64,000 nucleotides of DNA from Burkholderiales bacterium (GTDB lineage Bacteria > Pseudomonadota > Gammaproteobacteria > Burkholderiales > Casimicrobiaceae), in contig JADLBN010000269.1 of NCBI GenBank assembly GCA_020847675.1, positions 2,139 to 66,138 on the forward strand. The letters are read 5' to 3'. The number at the start of each line of letters is the position of its first letter. The stretch's first letter is position 1. Below the pieces are notes generated by a model that worked only from the letters and a program-made list of their open reading frames with translations, was not told where the DNA came from and did not search any database. The position numbers and the translations under genes are program-made. Of the stretch, positions 32,408 through 42,880 are shown piece by piece.

Positions 32408-35400
32408 ATGCGCTCACTGGTCTTCCGGTTCCGTGCGTTGGTGTGGGCCGCCGCCCTCGTCCATGCGATCGCTGCGGCTGCTGCGCCGGATGGATGGGTC
32501 GCACTGCCTGGCCACGTGCCCTCGACCTTGTCGGACGCGACGCGCCTCGAGGTGCGCGCCAAGGCGCTGACGGCCGCCGACGAGCCGCTCACGCTGACCG
32601 TCGTGCTGCGGCGCGAGGACGAGAACGCGTTTCGGGAGTTCCTCACTGACCTCTACGACCCGGCGTCGGCCGTGTTCCGCCGCTACCGGACGCCGGTCGA
32701 GATCGCCGACCGGTACGGTCCGTCGCAGGAGAGCTACGATCGGGTCGAGGCGTACTTCGAATCGCGGGGCTTCGAGCTGGCCGAAGGCTCCGCCAACCGC
32801 CTGACGCTAACCTTCCGCGGCACGCGCGCGAAGGCCGAAGCCGCGCTGTCGGTGCCGATCGTCGACTATCGGATCGGCGACAAGGCGTTTCGCGCGAACG
32901 CGGCCGATCCGAAACTGCCCGCCGATCTCGCGTGGCGCGTGCAGGCGGTCATCGGACTCTCCGATCTGGCGCGGCCCGAGCCGAACATCGTTGCGCTGCA
33001 AAAGGCCTTCTGCGCGGTCGTCTACGGCTTGTTCGCGGTGTCGGGGGGTGGCGCGGCGAACGCCGCGAACTTGATAACCCAGTACTTCTCCTTCTGCAAC
33101 AACCTCAAGTGGCCCTGGGAGCAAGGCGGCGGGGGCGCCAAGCTGCGCGCATCGTTCGATGCGCTTCCCGCGGCGAGCGTCACGAGCGGCGACGCGGCGT
33201 CGCGCGGAAGCGCTTCCGGAAACGCGCGCCCGGGGCGTCCAAAGGGCGGCGTCGCGAAAGCGGGCAACGACGACTGGCTCTCGCTCACCGGAGCGGGCCA
33301 GACGATCGGACTCCTGTCGTTCGACAGCTACGTCGCATCCGATGTCGCGAACTTCTTTGCGCTCGCGGGAGCGAGCGCGCTCGCGGCGCAGGTGTCCCGC
33401 GTGGATGTGAACGGCGGCGTCGCGCCGGGCGCGGACCAGTCGGAAGTCCTCATCGACATCATCTCCGCGCTCGCCGTAGCTCCCGGCGCCGACGTCGTGG
33501 TCTATGACGCACCGTTTGGCGGAGGCGGCACCAGTTTCCAGACGCTGCTGAACGCGATGGTCAACGGCGGGGTCACGATCATCAGCAATTCGTGGGCCTA
33601 CTGCGAGAACCAGACGACGCTTGCCGACGTCCAGAGCATCGACACGATCTTCGCGGCGGCGGCCGCGTCGGGGATCAGCGCTTTCAATGCGTCCGGCGAC
33701 CGCGGCTCGACTTGCCTCAACGGCGCTGCGAACGTCGCGCACGTCCCGGCGAGTTCGCCACACGCGACCGCCGTGGGCGGATCGTCGGTTGCGCTGGGGC
33801 TCGGCAAGCAGATCGCGAGCGAGAGTTGGTGGGACGGCACGGCCGACACTCCGCCGACCGGGCAGGGGGGGTTCGGCGTGTCGGCCTTCTTCGCGCGGCC
33901 CGCCTACCAGGATGCGTGGACGGCGTCGCCGACCCGGTCGCTGCCCGACCTGGTCGCCAACGCCGATCCCAAGTACGGCCGTTCGATCTGCCAGGAGAGC
34001 GACGGCGGATGCCCGAACGGCAAACTCTACGGCGGAACCAGCGCGGCGGCGCCGACCTGGGCGGGATTCGCCGCCATTTTGAACGAGGGCGTCGGAACGA
34101 ACCTCGGCGCCTTCAACGCGGCGGTCTATGCCCATGGCGCGAGCGCGTTCCGCGGCGCCGTGTCGATGGGATCCGATTTCGCGCATGTCGGCCTGGGCGG
34201 TGTTCGACTCAACACGCTTCTGCTCGCGCTCAAAGGCGCCTCGCTCGGCCCGCCGAGCGCCATCCGATCGACGGTCGAGCATCGTTCGACCGTCGAGAAC
34301 GGCCTCGAGCACCCGCCGCATCCGGAAACTCCCGCCGACGGAGGGGCACAGTCGGTCATCGTCGTCCAGGTGCGTGACGCGAACGGCAACCCGATCGGCG
34401 GCAAGACGGTCTCGCTCGCCGCGAATCCGGGCAGCTCGGCGGTGGTCACGCCCGCTTCGGTTGCGACATCGTCGACGCAGACGGCTGCGGTGTTCACCGT
34501 CACCGATCTGGTCACCGAGCACGTCACCCTCACCGCGACCGATGTCACCGACGCGCTTGCGCTGACGCAGTCGGTCGAGGTCGTGTTCGGCGTGCCCTCC
34601 GCCGCCGCGGCGTCGATTTCCGCGACGCCGGCGAGCGTGTTGAACGACGGTGTCGCCACGACCACGATCACGGTCACGCTGCAGGACGCATTGGGCCGCC
34701 CGACGCCCGGCAAGCTCATCGCGATCGCGCAGGGCGACGGCCATTCCGTGATCAGCGGGCCGAGCCCGAGCGTCACCGACGCTGCCGGCAAGATCGAGTT
34801 CACCGCGACCGACACGCACGCCGAGACGGTCACCTACACGGCGATCGATGTCACCGACGGCGATCTCGATGTGCCGGGTAGCGCAGTCGTCGACTTCACC
34901 GGGCAGCCCACGTCGACGTGTGCCACGACCGTTCCGACCGCCGCGCCCGGGTTCGCATTGACGCCCTGGTCGAACGGCTATCAGGCCGCGGCATTCGGTT
35001 ACTCGGGTATCTCGTTCGGCTGTGCCGGCGCGTCCAACCCGGTGTTCGCCGCCGACGGCTCGGCGTTCGTCACGAGTTTCACCGACGGCAAGGTCTTCCA
35101 CCTGCCGCCGACCGGCGGAGTCGCTTCGAGCGGTTTCCTGCTCGACACGCACGGTCCGACGCTCGCGCAGCCGGTGTTCGGCAAGGATGGCCGGCTCTAC
35201 GCGGCCCGAGCCGCGACCGGCAGCGGGCTCTTCTCGGGCGCGATCTACGAGATCGATCCGCTGGACGGCTCGATCATTCGCGCGGTGGCCTCGCCGGTGA
35301 CCTGTCCGCAGGGACTCGCGGTCGACCCGATCTCGGGCGACCTGTTCTACGACGACACCTGCTTCGGTGCCGGGACGAACGACCCGAGCGTGTTCCGGAT

Positions 35401-36964
35401 CCGTGATCCAGGATCCGCGACGCCGACGATCGAGACCTACGCGACGCTTCCGGGGTCGCCCTCGGGCTGGCTCGCCTTTGCGCCCGACGGCACCCTGTTC
35501 GTCCAGTCCAACTATCTGGACGCCTCCCCCAAGGTGCAGCGCATCGGCGGCACCGACCAGCCGCAGCCCGCGACCGTGACCGAGGTCGCCGGCTTGACGT
35601 CGATCTTCTGGTTGACGATCGGGCAGACGCTGCCCTCCGGCGCGGCGAAGTCGCTCATCGTGCTGCAATCGTCGGGCCTCAAGCTCGCCGATATCACGAC
35701 GAATCCACCCACCTTCACCGATCTCACCAACGGGCAGGCCTCGACCGGTACCGTCGGCCCGGACGGATGCCTCTACTTCACCGCGCTCGAGACGATCCTC
35801 CGCCTGTCGAAGGATACGGGCGAATGCGGTTTCGATGCGTCGAACGCACTGCCCGCACTGGTGCTTGCCCCGGGTGTCGTCACGCCCGATCCCGCTCAAG
35901 GCACCTCGATCGCGTTCGCGGCGAAGTTCTCCAATGTCGCCGTGCCTGCGGGAACGCCGGTGCTGTTCGGAGTCGAGGGGTCGAACGCGCAGATCCGCCT
36001 CGCGACGACCGATGCGTCGGGCATCGCCAGCTTCGACTTCGCCGGGGTGATGCCCGGTGACGACAAGATCGTCGCGACCGCGAGTGTGGGCGGCCGCGAA
36101 TACGGGTCCAACGTCGTGAAGGTCCACTGGACCGCGGGCAGGCACACGACGTTTCTCTCCATCGCGCTGTCGCCGGGGGGCGGAACGGTCGGTTCCGCAG
36201 TGACATTGAAGGGTACGCTGGTCGATGCAAGCGTCGAGCCGAACGCGCCGATCGCGGGCGAGACGATCCATTTCGCGCTCGGCGCTCTCGCGTGCGACGG
36301 CGTCACCCTTGCGGACGGTACCGCGTCGTGCGGCGTCACCCCCGTTTCTCCGGGTGCCCTGGCGCTGTCGGCACGCTACGACGGGAACGCGTCCTACCTG
36401 CCCGCGCAGGCCGGCGACACGTTCATGGCCCTCGCCGCGCCGGATCCGACGTGCTTCGACGGGCCACTGCCTTCCGGCGGAAGCGCCACCGCCTGCCTCG
36501 TCGGCGGCGCGGCGGAATGCCAGTTCACCAGCGCCGCGTTCGTGACTGCCGCGAGCGTCGGCGCACCGCCGCCCCCCGGAGTGTCGCTCCCGTTCGGGGT
36601 GTTCCAGTTCGTCGCCTCGGGCTGCGGCGCCTCCGTCACGCTGTCGCTCACCTATCCGGGCGCGATTCCCGCCGGGGCCGCGTACTGGAAGTACGGTCCG
36701 ACTTTGGCGCAGGGGCCGCACTGGTATTCGTTGCCCTCGCAGGTGGTGGGCAACGTGATGACGGTGACCCTCGTCGACGGCGGCGCCGGGGACAGCGACC
36801 TTGCCGTGGACGGAAGCATCAGCGATCCCGGCGGCGCAGGCATCCTCGCGGCCGGACCGGCGCAGGCGCGACCGGTGCCCTCGCTCGACCGACGCGCGCT
36901 TCTGGTGCTGTCGCTCATCCTGGCGACGGCAGCCTGGGTGCGGCGCAGACGGTTTGGACGATGA
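32408..36964 (+). CDS. Secreted S53 (sedolisin) peptidase with prodomain, Ig-like repeats, beta-propeller-like region and C-terminal sorting signal
   Basis: Signal peptide; pro-kumamolisin-like domain; EVLID, SGDRG, GGTSAAAP; DANGNPI.G repeats; YWKYGPT...DG..GD.D...DG.I.DPGG; VPSL + TM + RRRR tail. Confidence 0.88.
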   Translation: MRSLVFRFRALVWAAALVHAIAAAAAPDGWVALPGHVPSTLSDATRLEVRAKALTAADEPLTLTVVLRREDENAFREFLTDLYDPASAVFRRYRTPVEIADRYGPSQESYDRVEAYFESRGFELAEGSANRLTLTFRGTRAKAEAALSVPIVDYRIGDKAFRANAADPKLPADLAWRVQAVIGLSDLARPEPNIVALQKAFCAVVYGLFAVSGGGAANAANLITQYFSFCNNLKWPWEQGGGGAKLRASFDALPAASVTSGDAASRGSASGNARPGRPKGGVAKAGNDDWLSLTGAGQTIGLLSFDSYVASDVANFFALAGASALAAQVSRVDVNGGVAPGADQSEVLIDIISALAVAPGADVVVYDAPFGGGGTSFQTLLNAMVNGGVTIISNSWAYCENQTTLADVQSIDTIFAAAAASGISAFNASGDRGSTCLNGAANVAHVPASSPHATAVGGSSVALGLGKQIASESWWDGTADTPPTGQGGFGVSAFFARPAYQDAWTASPTRSLPDLVANADPKYGRSICQESDGGCPNGKLYGGTSAAAPTWAGFAAILNEGVGTNLGAFNAAVYAHGASAFRGAVSMGSDFAHVGLGGVRLNTLLLALKGASLGPPSAIRSTVEHRSTVENGLEHPPHPETPADGGAQSVIVVQVRDANGNPIGGKTVSLAANPGSSAVVTPASVATSSTQTAAVFTVTDLVTEHVTLTATDVTDALALTQSVEVVFGVPSAAAASISATPASVLNDGVATTTITVTLQDALGRPTPGKLIAIAQGDGHSVISGPSPSVTDAAGKIEFTATDTHAETVTYTAIDVTDGDLDVPGSAVVDFTGQPTSTCATTVPTAAPGFALTPWSNGYQAAAFGYSGISFGCAGASNPVFAADGSAFVTSFTDGKVFHLPPTGGVASSGFLLDTHGPTLAQPVFGKDGRLYAARAATGSGLFSGAIYEIDPLDGSIIRAVASPVTCPQGLAVDPISGDLFYDDTCFGAGTNDPSVFRIRDPGSATPTIETYATLPGSPSGWLAFAPDGTLFVQSNYLDASPKVQRIGGTDQPQPATVTEVAGLTSIFWLTIGQTLPSGAAKSLIVLQSSGLKLADITTNPPTFTDLTNGQASTGTVGPDGCLYFTALETILRLSKDTGECGFDASNALPALVLAPGVVTPDPAQGTSIAFAAKFSNVAVPAGTPVLFGVEGSNAQIRLATTDASGIASFDFAGVMPGDDKIVATASVGGREYGSNVVKVHWTAGRHTTFLSIALSPGGGTVGSAVTLKGTLVDASVEPNAPIAGETIHFALGALACDGVTLADGTASCGVTPVSPGALALSARYDGNASYLPAQAGDTFMALAAPDPTCFDGPLPSGGSATACLVGGAAECQFTSAAFVTAASVGAPPPPGVSLPFGVFQFVASGCGASVTLSLTYPGAIPAGAAYWKYGPTLAQGPHWYSLPSQVVGNVMTVTLVDGGAGDSDLAVDGSISDPGGAGILAAGPAQARPVPSLDRRALLVLSLILATAAWVRRRRFGR

Positions 36965-37313
36965 TCGCGCGGCACGAGCCTCGTGCGAGGCGTTTGCGTC
37001 GCGTCGCCCGCGCGGGCAGCCGCGCGGGCGGTCCCGGAGCGCCGGACGTCGCGCGGAGCGCCGTGCAGCGGCGGCGGGGAGGGCGCGGCGGTTCGTGCCA
37101 GGGTGCCTACCGGTATCCGGTGTGACCGGCCGCCGCAGGCCGCCTCCCACGCGACCGTCATCGCCGATGCCAAGGACTCGCCGCTCCCGTTTCGTCGGGT
37201 CCGCAAGCGATCCCCGTCGCTCCGGCCTGCGACAGGCGACGGGATTCGTTGCCGCGTTCCGGCGAACCCGACTACACTCGTCGCGTACGGGTGTGGAACG
37301 GGGGCCGGACGCC

Positions 37314-38684
37314 GTGGCTTTCCACCAGCACGCAGTCTCGCGAGCGCCGGCGCGATCGGCCGCCGGTTTTCCACGTTCGCTCATCGACGGCGAACTCGCG
37401 CGCATCGTGGAGAGCCGCGCTTTTCGCTCCTCGCCGCGCCACCAGCAGTTCCTCAGACATCTCGTGGAGCGGGCGGTCACCGGTCACACCGGCTCGCTCA
37501 AGGAGGCGGTGCTCGCACTCGAGGTCTTCAAGCGACCCCTCCATTCCTTCGATCCCGAACGCGACACGATCGTGCGCGTGGAGGCGCGGCGCCTCCGGCA
37601 GCGACTGGACCGATACTACGAAGACGAGGGCGGCGATGCGGTGCTCGAGTTCCGGCTGCCGGTCGGCAGCTACGTGCCGACCCTCAAGTGGCGGACGCCT
37701 CCCGACGACGCGGAGACGCGTCTGGCCCGGGACCTGTGCGAACGCGGCGAACACTACCTGAGGCAACCGTTGTCGCGCGCGACCCTCGAAACCGCGCTCG
37801 ACCGCTTCGAGGCGGCGCTGCGGGAGTCGCCTCGCTACGTTCCTGCGCTCGTGGGAGTCGGTCGTTCCTGGTTCAACCTCGCCTCCGGCTGGCACCGTGA
37901 GCCGGGTCCCGCCTCGGAGCACGCGACCGAGGCGCTGCGTCGCGCGCTGGACCTCGATCCATCGAACGCGGTCGCGCACACGCTGCTCGGGGCGATCCGG
38001 CATCAGTACGACTACGACTGGTCCGGTGCGCGCGAGTGCTTCGAGCGCGCCGTCGCGCTGGAGCCGCATGCCTCGTTCGTGCATTCGGCCTACGGCTACC
38101 ACCTGCTCGTGCGCGGCGAGTTCGAGGCAGCGGAGTCCGAGATTGCCCTTGCGCGGCGTCTCGACCCGCAGTACGCGAATGCGCGAATGCACATGGTCAA
38201 TCTCCGCATCGCGCAAGGCCGCCTCGACGACGCAGAGGCCGAACTCGCCGCCATGAGCGACATCGCCCCGGAGAGCGCGCCGGTCGCGGGCCTTGCGGCG
38301 GTCATCGCGATGATTCGCGGCGACGCGCACGCCGCGATGGCGCACTACGTTCGCGCCTGCGAACTCGGACCGGAGTACCCCAATTGCTACGCGAGCCTCG
38401 CCGCGGCGCAGGGGATGGCCGGACGCGTGCACGACGCGGACGCGACCATCGCCCGCATGCGCGAGCGTTTCGGCGAGCGCTGCGTGTCGCCCTACGTGCT
38501 CGCGATCGTCGCGTTGCGCTGCGGCCGTTCGAGCGAGGCCTTCGCCCTGCTCGAGCAGGCGATCCGCACGCGTGACCCGAACGTCATGCTCCTGCGGACC
38601 GATCCCAGCTTCCGCGATCTGCGGCGCGACCCGCGATGGGCCCCGATGGAGGCTCAGATCGGACCCAGGGACAACGAGGCGTAG
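37314..38684 (+). CDS. TPR-repeat protein with N-terminal putative regulatory domain (start uncertain)
   Basis: ELARIV.S..F..S.R...FL..LV, FDP..D.IVRVEARRLR..L..YY, G.Y.P followed by TPRs and DP.F..LR.DPR. Confidence 0.75.
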   Translation: MAFHQHAVSRAPARSAAGFPRSLIDGELARIVESRAFRSSPRHQQFLRHLVERAVTGHTGSLKEAVLALEVFKRPLHSFDPERDTIVRVEARRLRQRLDRYYEDEGGDAVLEFRLPVGSYVPTLKWRTPPDDAETRLARDLCERGEHYLRQPLSRATLETALDRFEAALRESPRYVPALVGVGRSWFNLASGWHREPGPASEHATEALRRALDLDPSNAVAHTLLGAIRHQYDYDWSGARECFERAVALEPHASFVHSAYGYHLLVRGEFEAAESEIALARRLDPQYANARMHMVNLRIAQGRLDDAEAELAAMSDIAPESAPVAGLAAVIAMIRGDAHAAMAHYVRACELGPEYPNCYASLAAAQGMAGRVHDADATIARMRERFGERCVSPYVLAIVALRCGRSSEAFALLEQAIRTRDPNVMLLRTDPSFRDLRRDPRWAPMEAQIGPRDNEA

Positions 38685-38758
38685 CCCCGACAGGATTGGT
38701 CGCGCTGGGGGGCGACCGGCACCGCCTCGCGCCGCCGTTCTTCGACGGCCCCGGCCGA

Positions 38759-39166
38759 TCAGCCGGTGCGGCGCGCGGCGCGCTCCTTCTCGGTCCGTTC
38801 GGTCACGTCGCGCGCCATCGCGACCGAGCCCACGACCGCTCCGGAGGGGTCCTTCACCAGCGCGAAGGTCATCTCGACGTAGAGCTTCGAGCCGTCCTTG
38901 CGCAGTCCCCGTGTGAGCGTGGGGCGCCCGGCGAGCCTCGTCGCGCCGCGGGCGATCGCGGCGTTGAAGCCGCGCCAGTGCGGCTCGCGCAGGTGCTCGG
39001 GAATGATGATGTCGAGGCTTTCGCCCAGCGCCTCGGCAGCGCTGAAGCCGAACACCGCGGACGCGGCGTGGTTCCAGCGCACGATCCTGCCTTCGCGGTC
39101 GGCGTAGATCAGCGCGTCGGCCACCTGATCGACGATCCATTCGGCGAGTTGCGGCGAGTCGCTCAT
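38759..39166 (-). CDS. Stand-alone PAS-domain protein
   Basis: DALIYADREG.I..WN, LDIIIPE..R..HW.GF, RKDG, ARDVTER; SD GGAG. Confidence 0.88.
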   Translation of the reverse strand: MSDSPQLAEWIVDQVADALIYADREGRIVRWNHAASAVFGFSAAEALGESLDIIIPEHLREPHWRGFNAAIARGATRLAGRPTLTRGLRKDGSKLYVEMTFALVKDPSGAVVGSVAMARDVTERTEKERAARRTG

Positions 39167-39572
39167 GCTTGTGTCTCCAGCGGCAGGGCATCCCGCAGGC
39201 GTCGGGTCTCGGCGAGGTGGCTCCGCAGGACGCCTGCACGGCGCCATTGTGCGCCGTGGGCGCGGGTCGACGCGACCGCGGCAAGCAACGACGCGGGAGG
39301 AGGCTCGCGGGCTCCCGCCGTCGCGGGTCCGCGCGGCCGCGAAAAGAGTGGCCGATCGACGCTTGGCGCGGTGGCGGTGGCTGGATCTTCGGGTTGCGCG
39401 CGGCTGCGAAAGGACGGCCGATCGAGGCCAACCTGGCGGATCGATGTCCCCGCAGGCGAATCCGCAAGCGAGCGCTCGCGGCGGGTCCTTCCTCCTGCGC
39501 GGCGCGGGTGAGGTCGTCGGCGCGCGGCGACGGTGCGCAGAGTCGGCCGGTGGTTCGAGTTCGAATCGTTCG

Positions 39573-40472
39573 TCAGCGCCCCCCGCAGCACGATGGAGCG
39601 CAACAGGCGGTCGTCGCTTTCGCGGCGTCCCGAGCCTTGTCCGCGGAAGGTGCCGCGACCGGCTTCCTCGCGCGCACGAACGCGCTGACGAGTCTGCCGC
39701 CGACGGCCTGTGCGGCGGCCTCGATCCCGGCGCCGCGACCGGCGAAGAGCTCGCGCGCGTCGGCGGCGTCGTAGACGCGTGTCACCTCGATCGCGGCGTC
39801 TTCGAATCCCGCCGCGACGAGCTTCGCGAGGTAGTCCTCGTCGCGAAGCGCGCCGGCCACGCAGCCTGCCCAGAGTTCGAGGCTCGCCCGGACCTCCGCG
39901 GGGATCTCGCCGCGCACGACGACGTCGGACACGGCGAAGCGGCCGCCGGGTTTCAGGACGCGGAACGCTTCGCGCAGCACGCGATCCTTGTCTCCCGAGA
40001 GATTGATCACGCAGTTCGAGATCACCACGTCGACCGAGCCTGCGGGCAGTGGGATCGCCTCGATCTCGCCCTTGAGGAAGTGGACGTTGGAAAGGCCACT
40101 CGCCGCCTTGTTCCTCTCGGCGAGGGCGAGCATGTCGTCGGTCATGTCGAGCCCGAACGCCATGCCGGCTGGACCGACGCGGCGCGCGGACAGGAGGACG
40201 TCGATGCCTCCGCCACTGCCCAGGTCGAGCACGGTCTCGCCGGGGCGAAGCTGCGCCAGCGCCGTGGGATTGCCGCAGCCGAGCGAGGCGGCGAGCGCTT
40301 CCGCGGGGACCTCGCTTCCCTGCGCCGCGTCGTAGAGATTCGAGGTGATCGGGTCCGTGCAGCAGTCCGCGGACGTGCCGCAGCAGCCGCCTTTCACACC
40401 CGAGCCCACGCGCCGCGCGGCCTCGCCGTACTTCGCTCGCACCACGTCCTTCAGGTCGTGTCCAGGGGTCAT
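39573..40472 (-). CDS. arsM: Arsenite S-adenosylmethionine methyltransferase
   Basis: CCG...CC, SLGCGNP, LDLGSGGGID, ISNCVINL, W.GCVAGAL, Cys-rich tail. Confidence 0.93.
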   Translation of the reverse strand: MTPGHDLKDVVRAKYGEAARRVGSGVKGGCCGTSADCCTDPITSNLYDAAQGSEVPAEALAASLGCGNPTALAQLRPGETVLDLGSGGGIDVLLSARRVGPAGMAFGLDMTDDMLALAERNKAASGLSNVHFLKGEIEAIPLPAGSVDVVISNCVINLSGDKDRVLREAFRVLKPGGRFAVSDVVVRGEIPAEVRASLELWAGCVAGALRDEDYLAKLVAAGFEDAAIEVTRVYDAADARELFAGRGAGIEAAAQAVGGRLVSAFVRARKPVAAPSADKARDAAKATTACCAPSCCGGR

Positions 40473-40788
40473 CGCCGGAGTCCTTTCGTCGTGTGCGGCT
40501 GCCCTCGCGCCGCGGTCGGTCGGATCGTTGCCGTTGCCTTCACGGGCAGGGAACCCGGCGCGCGCTTCGCGGAGCGCACTGGACGCGCGAAGCGCGGCGC
40601 TGCGCGTCGATGCCGGAGCCAGGGCGCGACGGCGCTCGTTCCGGTCCGCGTGTCACGGCGCCATGCAGCGAAAGGCACGGCGGCTTCGAGGCGGCGCTTG
40701 CGCGTGGCGACCGGGCTCCCGGCAGCCGCAGGCCGCCTCGCGGCCGGAGTTCGGGGGTGGTCTCCATTCGTGACTTCCGTGTACCCAC

Positions 40789-40823
40789 ATTTCCAAGAAT
40801 ATAGAATTCCAGTAGTCTGTCAA
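40789..40823 (-). promoter_or_regulatory. Sigma70 promoter with ArsR-type operator-like imperfect inverted repeat upstream of arsM
   Basis: Minus strand TTGACA-16nt-TATTCT; TTCTA..TGGAA dyad over the -10; AT-rich. Confidence 0.6.
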
Positions 40824-41062
40824 CCCCGTAATGCCCCGGCAGTGTCCGGCAACGCCGCAACCTCGCGGTGGAGCGGATCCCGACCTGCGGAAACGAGCGG
40901 GCCGACGTGTCCCGCCCTTCGATCGCAAGTCCATGTTCGCCGGCCCGTCCCCGGTTGGTGGACCGCCGGCACCGCAAGCCGCGGTGGTGGAGCTCGCGTC
41001 GCCCGCGAGCATGGTCACAGGTCCGGATCGAGGGCGAGGAGCAGGTGCCGTCCGGACCGTCC

Positions 41063-42880
41063 TCATCGCGTCCGCGCGGCAGCGTCCGCCACGGCCGCCG
41101 CGAAGAAGCGCTCGAGTCCGCGCACCACGCCGTCGTCGCGGTAGAGCCTGCCGCGATGCGTCGCGATCGCGTTCCGCCACGCCGCGGCGAAGGCCGCGTC
41201 GTTCGCCGCAGCGAACGCGAGATCCACGTAAGCGTCCTCGTCGCGCGCGACGTAGCGCTCCAGTCCCATGTGCGCGTACATTCCCGCCGTGTGCCGGCCG
41301 CGCTGAAGGCGGATCGGAAGCGTGACCACCGGCAGGCCCATCGCGAACGACTCGAGGGTCGTGTTCATGCCGTTGAAGCCAACCGAGTCCAGCGCGACGT
41401 CGGCGCGGCCGAGCAGCGAAAGGTAGTCGGAGTGGGCCATCCGGGGGACGAAGCGGATGCGGCTCGCGAACGCGCCCAGCGATGCGGCGAAGCGCCGCTC
41501 GAGCGACTCGCGCCACGCCGGCTCGCCGGCGGCGATCAGCGCGACGACGCCAGCCGGGTCGCGCTCGAGGATGCGCGCGAACAGCCGGTCCATGCGGGGA
41601 TGCAGCTTGAACAGCGCTTGCGGGCAGGCGTAGATCCGTGCGTGTTCGGCAAATCCCAGCTCGGCGCGGGTACGCATCGGCCGCGGCACGTCGGGGGCGT
41701 GGTAGTACGACAGGACGCTCGCACCGCCGATCCGGTGCAGCCGCTCGCCGTAGTCGCGCTGCGGGTCGTCGTCCGGTTCGATGCGCTCGCCCGAGACGAA
41801 CCAGTCGAGCGTGTCCACGCCCGTCGTGTCGGGATGGCCGAACGACAGGCACTGCACCGGCGCGAGGCGCGCGAACGCGAGGAAATAGGACATCGGTTCC
41901 ATCCCGATGTCCTGCCAGAAGAGAACGTCCAGCCGCAGCGCCGCAATCGCCTCGCGCATCGATGCGAGGGATCCGGGCAGCGCGACGACGCGGTCGCTGG
42001 CGGCGTCGATCGCGGCAGCGATCGCGTCCGGGCGGAACGGCGGCAGGCGGATCGCGATCGCCTCGAAACGCGAGCGGTCGAGGCGTTCGAGAAATCCCCG
42101 GGTCGTGTGGCCGATGCTGTGGTCGTACAGGAACGCCGATGCGAAGCCGACGCGGATGCGCGCGCCCGCACCGGCGTAGTCGAGGCAGTGCGGCGCGACG
42201 AAGGTGAGCGACGGCGTGGCGGCGCGGAAGACGCGGCCGAGCCGGGCAAGGAGATCGCGGTTCGACGCGCCGTGGTAGGACAGGAACATCGGCGTGACGT
42301 GGCGCGCCTCGGGATGCTCGATCGAGGGAGGATCGGCTTCGAGCGCCGCGAGGTCGGAGAGAAGACGCGCGCGGACGGCCGCGATCTCGTCCTCGCTCGA
42401 CGCGATCGCCGGCACCTGCAGCACCGCGCGGACGCGAAAGCGACCGCGGTCGCGCGCACGGGGGTGGGCCGCGAGGCGTTCGAACGCGGCACGCGACGCG
42501 TCGTGCCGGCCACGGCGCAGGAGCGCGCTCGCGAGATTCTCCAGCGCGTCGGCGTCGTCAGCGAGCGCGAAGGAACGTTCGTAGGCGGCGATCGCGCCGT
42601 CGAGATCCCCGGAGAGCTGAAGGCAGGCGCCGTGGTCGTTGGCGAGCCGCGCATCGTCCGGGTGGTACTCGCGCGCCTCGGCGAAAGCGCGAGCGGCGTC
42701 GTCGGTCCGCTGCGCGCCGAGCCATGCGTAGGCTTCGCGGCGGGCGCATTCTCCCAGAACCGACCGCGCCTCGACGTTGCCCGGAAAGCGCGCGAGCACG
42801 GGCGCGGCGAGTTCGCGCGCGCGTGCGAGGGCGCCGGCGCCGAGCGCGGCGCGGGCCTTGCGCAGCGTCGACGCGATCAC
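41063..42880 (-). CDS. TPR + O-GlcNAc transferase-like (GT41/SPINDLY) protein
   Basis: TPR repeats, RIRVGF.S, HSIG, DIGMEP, RLAPVQ...GHPDTTG, FKLHP, DVALDS..FNG.NT..E...MG.PVVT. Confidence 0.85.
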   Translation of the reverse strand: MIASTLRKARAALGAGALARARELAAPVLARFPGNVEARSVLGECARREAYAWLGAQRTDDAARAFAEAREYHPDDARLANDHGACLQLSGDLDGAIAAYERSFALADDADALENLASALLRRGRHDASRAAFERLAAHPRARDRGRFRVRAVLQVPAIASSEDEIAAVRARLLSDLAALEADPPSIEHPEARHVTPMFLSYHGASNRDLLARLGRVFRAATPSLTFVAPHCLDYAGAGARIRVGFASAFLYDHSIGHTTRGFLERLDRSRFEAIAIRLPPFRPDAIAAAIDAASDRVVALPGSLASMREAIAALRLDVLFWQDIGMEPMSYFLAFARLAPVQCLSFGHPDTTGVDTLDWFVSGERIEPDDDPQRDYGERLHRIGGASVLSYYHAPDVPRPMRTRAELGFAEHARIYACPQALFKLHPRMDRLFARILERDPAGVVALIAAGEPAWRESLERRFAASLGAFASRIRFVPRMAHSDYLSLLGRADVALDSVGFNGMNTTLESFAMGLPVVTLPIRLQRGRHTAGMYAHMGLERYVARDEDAYVDLAFAAANDAAFAAAWRNAIATHRGRLYRDDGVVRGLERFFAAAVADAAARTR

